From NCBI GenBank assembly GCA_934621385.1, contig CAKTUI010000005.1, forward strand, positions 8,109-72,108: 64,000 bases of DNA, given 5' to 3'. A model generated the notes under the pieces. It made no database searches. It saw only the letters and a list, made by a program, of their open reading frames with translations, and was not told where the DNA came from. Source of the stretch: an uncultured Kiritimatiellota bacterium. GTDB lineage: Bacteria; Verrucomicrobiota; Kiritimatiellia; RFP12; UBA1067. Shown here piece by piece: positions 56,081 through 64,000 of this stretch. The translations under genes were made by a program, and so were the position numbers. The first letter of the stretch is position 1, and the number at the start of each line of letters is the position of its first letter.

Positions 56081-56965
56081 TCAGAACTGGTACTGAATCG
56101 AGAAGACCGCGCCCGAACCGACGCCCAACTTCTTCGTGTTGCCGTTGCGGTAGAAGTGATCCTTGTTGCCCGTCTCAGCAAATGCCGCGACCAGCGTCAG
56201 GTTCTTCGTCACGAACCAGGCCACGTGCGCATCGTAGTAGTCGTGGTTGCGGATGTCGTCGCCGACATTCACGCCCTGCTTGTACTCAAGACCGATGGCA
56301 ATGTTCTCGGCAGGGAGGATGTCGATGTTGCCGAAACCGGCCACGCCGTACTTGTTGTGACCGACCACGCCATTCACGACCTCGTCCGACACAAGAAGAC
56401 CAGCCGAGAGAAGGACGGGAACCGGCGTCTGGGTAATCAGCTTCGAGGCCACGACGTAGCCGTCCACGCCGTTGTCGCGCAGGCCGAGTGCCTTGACCGT
56501 ATCCGAGTCCGTGTACTTCCAGACGCCGCCGATGGCGATAGCCGGAATCCAGGCCGTATCAAAGGCGTTCTCGTCGAGGATGCGCAGCTTCGCGCCAATG
56601 TTGTGGGTGTTAATCGAGCCGTCGCCATAGCGGTGGGCATCGACAAAGCCGTAGCCATAGGAAAGTTCAAGGCGCTGCGCAACGGTCAGCGCGGCGGAAG
56701 CCGCCCACCAGTTGATGCCCGCATCACCGAGATTGACGTACCATCCGCCAACCTGCGGCTTCGAGACGATTTCATTCAGGTTGCTCGTGCTCGATCCTTC
56801 CCACGGCAATCCGGCCGTGTAGGCCAACGGGTTGAAGGCGATACCTCCCGTACCCTGCAGGTTGTTGAGCGGCACGCCCGCCTGCGCCGCGACCGCACCC
56901 AGCGTCGCAGCGGAAATGAGAAGCGTCCGAACCAGTGAGAATCCGTGTTTCGTGTTGATGTTCAT
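56081..56965 (-). CDS. outer-membrane beta-barrel protein, function unknown
   Basis: Signal peptide ...GAVAAQA, alternating strands, and a C-terminal FSIQYQF. Confidence 0.5.
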   Translation of the reverse strand: MNINTKHGFSLVRTLLISAATLGAVAAQAGVPLNNLQGTGGIAFNPLAYTAGLPWEGSSTSNLNEIVSKPQVGGWYVNLGDAGINWWAASAALTVAQRLELSYGYGFVDAHRYGDGSINTHNIGAKLRILDENAFDTAWIPAIAIGGVWKYTDSDTVKALGLRDNGVDGYVVASKLITQTPVPVLLSAGLLVSDEVVNGVVGHNKYGVAGFGNIDILPAENIAIGLEYKQGVNVGDDIRNHDYYDAHVAWFVTKNLTLVAAFAETGNKDHFYRNGNTKKLGVGSGAVFSIQYQF

Positions 56966-57015
56966 GCGTGTTATTCCTTTCTACCCTACTCGTTCAGTAG
57001 GTTTTATTTCCTTTG

Positions 57016-57035
57016 AAAAGCCCGCTTTCGCGGGC
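57016..57035 (-). terminator. intrinsic terminator after metY
   Basis: Minus strand reads GCCCGC-gaaa-GCGGGC followed by TTTT. Confidence 0.7.
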
Positions 57036-57080
57036 AAAGTATGGGCCGTCCCGACCTGGAACGGCCCCGTTGAACAATGG

Positions 57081-58367
57081 TTAGATGAGTGCGAGCGCCT
57101 GATCGAGGTCCGCGATAATGTCGTCGATGTGCTCGATGCCAATTGACAGACGGATCAGTTCGGGCGCAAGGCCCGCCGCACGCTGCTGTTCCTCGGTGAG
57201 CTGGGAGTGCGTCGAGGAGGCCGGGTGAACCGACAGCGACCGCGCATCACCCACGTTCGCGAGCTGCGTGAAGAGCTTGAGGCCGTCCACGACCTTGATG
57301 CCCTCCTGCACGCCACCCTTCACGCCAAAGACGACCATGCCGCCCTGACCGTTCGGGAGATACTTCTTCGCGAGGTCGTACGAGGGGTCGCCCTCCAGGC
57401 CCGGATAGCGAACCCACGCCACCTTCGGGTGGTTCTTGAGGAACTTGGCCACCGCCAGCGCGTTGGACGAGTGCCGCGCAATTCGGAGCGGCAGGGACTC
57501 CACGCCCTGGAGGAAGATCCAGTTCGCATCCGGCGACAGCGTCGGACCCTGGTTGCGAAGGCCGACCGTGCGCAGGCGGGTAATGAAGGCGAGAGGTCCC
57601 GCCAGCTTGGACCAGACCGCACCATGGTAGCCCCGGTCAGGTTCATTGTAGAGCGAGAACTTCGGATCCGACCAGTCGAACTTGCCCGCGTCAATCACAA
57701 CACCGCCGATGCCCGCACCATGGCCGCCAATCCACTTCGAAAGCGAGTGGATGACGACATCCGCGCCGAATTCAATCGGATGCTCAAGAATCGGGGTCGA
57801 GAATGTCGCGTCCACGACCAGCGGGAGGTTGTGCTTCTTCGCAAGCTTCGAGTAGGCCTCGATATCCGCAACGTCAAGTCCGGGGTTGCCAATCGTCTCA
57901 ACGAAGATGAGGCGGGTCTTCTCGTTGATGGCCGCCTCGGCCGCCGCGATGTCGTTCACCTTGACGAACTTCGCATGGATGTTGTTCGACTGCGGAAGGA
58001 TCACGTCAAACTGCGTGTAGGTTCCGCCGTAGAGGTTCGAGGCCGCGACGAACTCCTCTCCCGAGGGGACGATGTTCGTAATCGTGAAGTAGATTGCCGC
58101 CGTACCCGAGCTCAGCGTGATGGCCGCCGCGCCACCCTCAAGGGCCGCAAGGCGCTTCTCAAGCACGTCCTCGGTCGGGTTCATCAGACGGGCGTAGATG
58201 TTCGCCGCCTTCCGCAGGGCAAAGCGATCCGCACCATCCTGTGCACTCTTGAAGTTGTAGGCCGTCGTACGGTAGACGGGCACCGCCGTCGCATCCGTCG
58301 CAGGGTCCCCATTCCATCCCGCGTGAACCGCGAGCGTCTCTGCATGCTGCTTTACTTCAGTACTCAT
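57081..58367 (-). CDS. metY: O-acetylhomoserine aminocarboxypropyltransferase/sulfhydrylase
   Basis: Cys/Met-metabolism PLP enzyme with the lysine motif HSLSKWIGGHG. Start set to ATG 58367 (MSTEVKQH...). Confidence 0.88.
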   Translation of the reverse strand: MSTEVKQHAETLAVHAGWNGDPATDATAVPVYRTTAYNFKSAQDGADRFALRKAANIYARLMNPTEDVLEKRLAALEGGAAAITLSSGTAAIYFTITNIVPSGEEFVAASNLYGGTYTQFDVILPQSNNIHAKFVKVNDIAAAEAAINEKTRLIFVETIGNPGLDVADIEAYSKLAKKHNLPLVVDATFSTPILEHPIEFGADVVIHSLSKWIGGHGAGIGGVVIDAGKFDWSDPKFSLYNEPDRGYHGAVWSKLAGPLAFITRLRTVGLRNQGPTLSPDANWIFLQGVESLPLRIARHSSNALAVAKFLKNHPKVAWVRYPGLEGDPSYDLAKKYLPNGQGGMVVFGVKGGVQEGIKVVDGLKLFTQLANVGDARSLSVHPASSTHSQLTEEQQRAAGLAPELIRLSIGIEHIDDIIADLDQALALI

Positions 58368-58429
58368 GTGGATTCCTCCTTCTTCTTTCGTCAATTCTCT
58401 ATCTTATACCGTGTTCGTTCACCGACCGA

Positions 58430-59350
58430 TTAGGCGAAAAGCCAGGTCGAGAGGTAACGCTCTCCCGTATCCGGCAGAAGCGCGACAATCGTCTTGCCCG
58501 CATAGGCCGGGTCTTTCGCCAGTTCAAGTGCCGCCCAAAGCGCCGCGCCCGACGAGATGCCGACCAGCAGGCCCTCCTGCGCCGCCGCCGCACGTGCCGT
58601 GCTGCCGGCATTGTCCGCCGAAACCGTAATCACCTTCGTGATCAGGCTCGTGTCGAGCACTTTCGGAACAAAGCCCGCGCCGATGCCCTGAATCTTGTGA
58701 GGACCGGGCTTGCCGCCCGAGAGGACGGGGCTCGTATCAGGCTCAACCGCATAAATCGCAACATTCGGATTCTTCTCGCGCAGGTACTTGCCCGTGCCCG
58801 TCAGCGTACCGCCCGTACCGACACCCGCGACAAACGCGTCGACCTGGCCATCCGTGTCGGCCCAGATTTCGGGTCCGGTCGTGATGTGGTGGTAGGCCGG
58901 ATTCGCCGGGTTCTCGAACTGCTGAAGGATAATGCCGCCCTTCGAGTCGCGCAGCTCGTTCGCCTTCGCAATCGCACCCTTCATTCCGTCGCTGCCCGGG
59001 GTGAGGACGATTTCCGCGCCATACGCCGCCGCGAGTTTGCGACGCTCGATGGACATCGTCTCGGGCATCGTGAGGATGAGGTGGTAGCCGCGCACCGCGC
59101 TCACGAGGGCCAGGCCAACGCCCGTGTTGCCGGAAGTCGGCTCGATGATCGTTGCGCCCGGCTTCAGGATTCCATCCTTCTCCGCCTGCTCGACCATCGC
59201 GAGGGCGATGCGGTCCTTCACGCTTCCGCCGGGGTTGAAGAACTCAACTTTCACGAGCACGCGGGCACCGCCCTTGTTCAGCTTGTTGGAGATCTCCACG
59301 AGCGGCGTACCGCCGACCTTCTCCAGAACCGTCTTTGCAATCTTCGACAT
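58430..59350 (-). CDS. cysK: cysteine synthase A
   Basis: GGSVKDR PLP-lysine motif, SGNTG and GTGGT loops. Start set to ATG 59350 (MSKIAKTVLEKVGGTPLV). Confidence 0.92.
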   Translation of the reverse strand: MSKIAKTVLEKVGGTPLVEISNKLNKGGARVLVKVEFFNPGGSVKDRIALAMVEQAEKDGILKPGATIIEPTSGNTGVGLALVSAVRGYHLILTMPETMSIERRKLAAAYGAEIVLTPGSDGMKGAIAKANELRDSKGGIILQQFENPANPAYHHITTGPEIWADTDGQVDAFVAGVGTGGTLTGTGKYLREKNPNVAIYAVEPDTSPVLSGGKPGPHKIQGIGAGFVPKVLDTSLITKVITVSADNAGSTARAAAAQEGLLVGISSGAALWAALELAKDPAYAGKTIVALLPDTGERYLSTWLFA

Positions 59351-59428
59351 CTTCAAATTCCTTTCGTTTTTTCCTTGTTCCCCATCCTGGCGGGCCATAC
59401 ACTACCTACTCAGTAGAGAACGGCGCAT

Positions 59429-59458
59429 ATTATAGCACGCACCGTCGCCGAAAGTCAA
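59429..59458 (-). promoter_or_regulatory. sigma70-type promoter of cysK
   Basis: Minus strand reads TTGACT, 18 nt, TATAAT, followed by ATGCGCC. Confidence 0.5.
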
Positions 59459-59560
59459 CCACGAGAGTAGTATTATTTTAACTTTCTTTCATTCTTCGCA
59501 ATTCAAGCGCGAATCCATCGTAAAATGATGAATTACCGAAACGGAATAACGACCAAATAA

Positions 59561-59737
59561 ATGCCGCACACCCCCTTTCAATCCTCTGAAGCCACCGCCT
59601 TGCCAAATGATAACGACATCCAGTTCGTCACGATTCTCTTCTCCGCCATCGTCTTTCACGAGAAAGTGACGCGGCGATTCGCACTCGGCCTGACGATCTT
59701 TCTCGTGGGCACGCTTCTCATGCTGTAGCACCACAAA
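59561..59737 (+). pseudogene. possible remnant of an EamA/DMT transporter C-terminus
   Basis: 58-codon ORF ending ...IQFVTILFSAIVFHEKVTRRFALGLTIFLVGTLLML, which resembles the last two helices of EamA proteins. There is no upstream remainder. Confidence 0.35.
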
Positions 59738-59786
59738 CGGCAACCAGCGCATCCAGCCCCACGCAAGGGACCAGTTGTGATAAAAT

Positions 59787-60392
59787 ATGGGCATGGAAAG
59801 ACAGATTCTACAAGTTGGCACGTTTGAGGTGAACTGCGTTCTTCTCGCCCAGCATGGGCGGGCCTGGATTGTCGACCCCGGAGCAGACGTCGGTCGAATC
59901 GTTGCGCTTCTTGAGAAAAGCGCCCTGACGCCCGAACTCATCCTCCTGACACACGCCCACTTTGACCATATCGGCGGCGTGCCCGACCTCCAGCGGCGTT
60001 TTCCCGGGCTTCCCGTCTACATCCATCCGTTAGACGCCAAGATTCTCGCCCATCCCCTCAACGCGTTCCCCCCGGACTATCCGCCCATTTCCAAACCGAG
60101 CAACATCCGCGACTGCCGCGACCTTGAGGGCGTGACGGTCATCGAAACGCCCGGCCACACGCCCGGCGGATGCTGCTACTTCTTCCCGGAGGACAAGCTT
60201 CTCCTCTCGGGCGACACGCTGTTTGCCGGTTCGGTCGGCCGCACGGACTTCCCCGGCGGCGATATGCCGACGCTGATGAAGTCCCTTGAAAAACTTGCCG
60301 CGCTCCCCGACGAAACGCTCGTCATCCCCGGACACGGCCCGCAGACGACAATCGGACGCGAAAAGCGCGGCAATCCCTACTTTGCCCGATAA
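59787..60392 (+). CDS. MBL-fold metallo-hydrolase (glyoxalase II-like)
   Basis: THAHFDH motif, followed by TPGHTPG and GDTLF. Confidence 0.85.
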   Translation: MGMERQILQVGTFEVNCVLLAQHGRAWIVDPGADVGRIVALLEKSALTPELILLTHAHFDHIGGVPDLQRRFPGLPVYIHPLDAKILAHPLNAFPPDYPPISKPSNIRDCRDLEGVTVIETPGHTPGGCCYFFPEDKLLLSGDTLFAGSVGRTDFPGGDMPTLMKSLEKLAALPDETLVIPGHGPQTTIGREKRGNPYFAR

Positions 60393-60476
60393 GTTCCATC
60401 TGGGGCAAATCATCAAGACGAAGGGAGGACGCACCTGCGCCCTCCCTTCGTTTACGGAATCCTCCATCCGCCCGTA

Positions 60477-63400
60477 TTAGCGGACAATCAACCGGAAACC
60501 GCTTTCGAACCGAAGGTAGCCGTTCGCGTCAATCGTGACGGGCTTCTGGACTCCACTCGCGCTCTCGTAGCGAATCTGCACCAACTGGTCGGCCGTCAAC
60601 GCATCGGCACTCGTTCCAATGCGAATCGAGCGCGACTTCGCCTGCCCGCGAATGGTCAGCGTGGCATCCGATGCCCATGCGACGGATGCCGAATCCTCAA
60701 AGGCAATGCACCCGCCGTCGGCGACCTCAATGGCCGAGTCGCCGCCGACCAGGAGCGCACCGAGTTTGCCCGCACAAGTCGAACCGAGCCGAATCGCACC
60801 CGCGTCAATCTTGAAAACGCCCTGCGGCTCATTGTGCGTCGCCGCCGTGAGAAGCATCGTCCCCGCGCCCGTCTTCCAGACACCGCAGTTCTCGCGCACG
60901 GCCTCGCCCTGATAAAGGCTTACGCCCTCGCGGTCAACGATCGGCGACTCCAGCGTGAAATCAACCGCCGCGTCACCCGTCACATCCGCCACGATGAACT
61001 TGACACCAACCTTATGATTTGCCGCCGTTGCGGGGGCCTGATAGCCGACCATCATGTCCTCCGCCGCGAATGTGCTGGGACTCGTGCCGCCGACATTGAC
61101 GAAACTCCAATTGTCGTAATGGTCCTTGAAACCAACACCCACCCGCGAACCCGTGAATGTCGCACCATCCGCCATGTTCAACTGGTAGACGATTGGATAA
61201 CTACTTGCCGTATTCTCATTCGCCACCGCACCACCCACAAGATACCACGGCTTGGAAACGCCCATGGCCGTGGGATGGATAAGACGAACGAGGCCATCCG
61301 CATAGACGTAAATCGGGCCACCGCCACTCAACGGACCCCAATAGCCAAGAGTTTCGCCAATCGAAAGCTCGCCTCCGGCGAGAACCTTCGTTCCCGCACC
61401 GCCGGTAGGCAATGTGCCATAGCCCGAAGCCGTCGCCCGTCCGGAGATGTTCAGTTCCCAGTCATGCCCCTTGTCCGCCGTCAGCTTGACGCCCTCGCCC
61501 GAGATGAGGATGCGGCCTGAACCAACATTCGTGAGCGCCCCCTTGACCTCAATCGCCGCCGTCCCCGCCAGCTCAAAAAGCGCACCCGAATTGACCGTGA
61601 CATTCTCCGAAAAGGTGCCGCCGCCCAGCGTACCCGAATCAACAACACGAAAAGCACCTGCCTCCAGCGTATACCCCCCCCCCCAGAGATGGCACAATCG
61701 CCCGCGATCTCCACGGACATCTCCGTCGGAATCGCCCCCTTGAGCGAGCACACGAAGTCATACATCGCGACCCAGTAATTCTTGATTGCGACATCCTCAT
61801 CGCACAGGTCGCACCCGTTGTCGCGGCGGAAATCGTAGGCATCGAAGTCGCAGTCCCAAGTCGTCTGCTCACCGTGGACAAGGCACCCATAAATCGCACC
61901 CCCCAACGCATCCTTGACATAGATGACGGATGCATAAATGCCATCCGCCTCCTGCTGGAGTTTCACCTTTACCGCGGTAATGACCGTCCCCTCAGCCTCC
62001 GTCGTCAAGGCCTTGAGCAGAAAGGTCGCCGAATCCGTCTCTGGGTCATACGTCCAGTTGTAGATGCCCTCCTTGTTCTGGACGACATCGTTGTTGACGC
62101 GCCGCGTACGCTTGCTTCCCCAATGGGTGTCCAGCGCAAAACTGAAGCTTTCGATATTGGCAAGCTTGGCGGCGGCGGGGAGAATCTTACGAGTTTCGGT
62201 GCTCACCATGTAGACGGGAGTTGCGAGTTTCAGAACCGCGTCACCCGATTCGCCGATGGCCTGCGAATAACCCGCACTCCCACCAAGGGCATTCTCAAAC
62301 CGAAAAACGCCATTCGCGCCGAAGCGCACGCCTTCGCCCGTCGTAAACGTCAACGAGTCGCCCGTGAAGACGACTCGTGCAGCAGTTGCGACATTCAGTA
62401 TCTTCGCGACGCTTTTTTCACCAACGACCGCAACGGTCGATGAGTTGGGGAAGACGGCAATCGATCCCGCCTTCCAGGCGGTTGCAACTCCATCCTCCGT
62501 GAACCAATTCAGCGTCCCGTCATCCCAGACCCCGCTGGCTCCGCCGCCCCAGATGAGCGCATCCTTCCCTTTCGGGAAATAGGACGATTCAATCGCATCC
62601 TGCACCTCAGCGGGAACGCCCGCCGTGGAGTAGGTCGCCGTCACCGTGAGGTCTCCCGTGACGGCATTGAAAGGCTGGTTCCAACCGCGAAAAGTGCCGC
62701 CATCGTAAGTCTTGCCCGTCATGTCGGGTGCCGTCGCCGATGCGCCCGTCTTGACATAGACAACCGCGAGTTCCGTGCCATCGGCATCCACGAACGTCAC
62801 CTTGCAGAGTTTCTCGTAAAGTGCCGTCACCGTGATGTCCGACAGGACCTTCATCACGCCCTTATCCCATCCCGTAAAGGCATAGCCCTCGTAAGTCGGC
62901 GCGGCAGGTGCCAGCGCGGCGAGGTCGAGCGTACCAACATTCGCCTCAACCGTTCCAACCGTCTCGCCGTCCTTTCCCACGTAGGTCACCGTCACCTTGG
63001 CATCAGCATACGACACTTCCCGCACCGTCAGCCTCAAGTTGTTCAGGCACACCGCCATCCAGGCGGTCGAGTTGGCGAGATCTTCCGGTGTCGTGCGATA
63101 GTCCGCCGCAACCGTGCCCGCCGCCGCCGTGTCGCCATTGAACCCGTAGGCCTTGTCGTAGGGATAGAGCGCATACACAACCTGACCATAGACATCCGCA
63201 CCGACCTGTGTCAGTTCAAGCTTGGTCGCCGTCAGCAGGCTCTTGCCTGCGCCCCCCTTCGCCTGGAACTGGCAAGTCAGCGTGGTCCCATCGTTCGCAT
63301 AGTAGTAGATACCGGCCTTATCCGCGCCCGCCGCGCAGCACTCGTCCAGCACCCGGGTCGTCGGGTTCACCCCCGCATTCCGCTCGTCGACATGCAGGGT

Positions 63401-64000
63401 TGAGTAGTCGGCCGAAAGACCGATGACATCCTCCAGTTGGACACCCGTGAACAGCAGCGTCTTCTCGCCCTTGAGAATCGTCGCCGATTCGGCCGTCTTC
63501 TCAATCGTCTTGGCGGTGGCCCCCGCCAGACGGAAAAGATACCCGTCGTCGTCCACCGCGAGCACGGCCGTCGGATCGCCCTGGATTGAGATGGCCGCGA
63601 GCTGCGCACTCGAAAGTCCATTCGCATCCGTGCCGATGCGCACATCCCCAACCTTGGGTGCGCGGGCAAGCGTCAGGCGCCCGCCCCAACTGGCCGACGC
63701 GGACGCGGCAAACGAAACCGCCGCGCCGTCGGCAATGTCGAGCGTCGAATCGCCCTTCACGACCAACGCACCGAATGTCGCCTTGGCCGTTGACGGGAAC
63801 GCGACCGTGCCCGCCTGCAGGATGAGCGCGGCAGTCGGCGCGGCGGTCTTATCGCTCGACAGCGTCAGCTTGTCCGCACCCTTCTTGAGGAAGCCGAACA
63901 TCTCGGGTGAATTGACCCGAATCTGGCTCGCCTCTTTCGCCGTCAGTGGTGACGCAACCGTCAGCGGTCCGTCGCAGATGAACTTCAGCTGAACGGGGTT
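60477..64000 (-). CDS. giant surface adhesin-like protein (open at window end), split into two frames by a G11 tract
   Basis: Autotransporter-associated beta-strand-type repeats, two List_Bact/InlB-B-type repeats (YEGYAFTGWD, GGTFRGWNQ), no stop between 63901 and 64000, and ORFs 61481-63901 and 60477-61751 overlapping at the tract. Confidence 0.7.
61674..61684 (-). repeat. homopolymeric G11 (C11 on plus strand) inside the adhesin gene
   Basis: Coding strand reads GCC ATC TCT GGGGGGGGGGG TAT ACG. G12 or G9 would fuse ...CAISGGG(G) to YTLEAGAFRVV... Confidence 0.9.

Overview
64-kb window from a diderm bacterium. The backbone is about 55-60% G+C by eye (not computed). The taxon cannot be identified from sequence alone; the giant beta-strand-repeat adhesin and OM barrels ending in F are compatible with a PVC-type organism. 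There are four compartments. (1) Positions 1-24.7 kb are housekeeping backbone: Ca/Na antiporter fragment, YoaK-like protein, clpX-clpP-tig, secreted beta-helix protein, eda, M50 protease, Nudix, DMT, amino-acid ABC SBP+permease, OM barrel, tRNA-Val(GAC), LysM protein, yajC-tgt, RluA-type synthase, phosphodiesterase+UbiA pair, putP, SNF transporter and a porin. (2) Positions 24.77-27.44 kb are a visibly lower-GC type II restriction-modification islet with gamma-class m6A methyltransferase, a small PD-(D/E)XK nuclease and an HTH controller. (3) Positions 28270-53657 are a very GC-rich (about 70% by eye) 25,388-bp Mu-like transposable prophage. It sits in a coding-free host tract, has readable imperfect terminal inverted repeats, and has a 5-bp direct repeat CAGCC on both sides. 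All its genes are on the minus strand except the divergent repressor. (4) Positions 53.66-64 kb are backbone again: a phased palindrome array, a Cys-rich lipoprotein plus Cys-rich membrane wHTH regulator operon, mnmA, an OM barrel, metY, cysK, an MBL hydrolase and a giant adhesin gene interrupted by a G11 tract. Most long plus-strand ORFs inside the prophage are high-GC antisense artefacts. I see no single obvious novel multi-gene system. The items I rank highest for follow-up are the Cys-rich regulator/lipoprotein pair, the CCGCGG-centred palindromes that bracket the prophage transposition module with compensatory changes, the 22-bp phased palindrome array, and the cargo genes at the far end of the prophage. 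All calls come from reading the sequence and translations; no searches were run.
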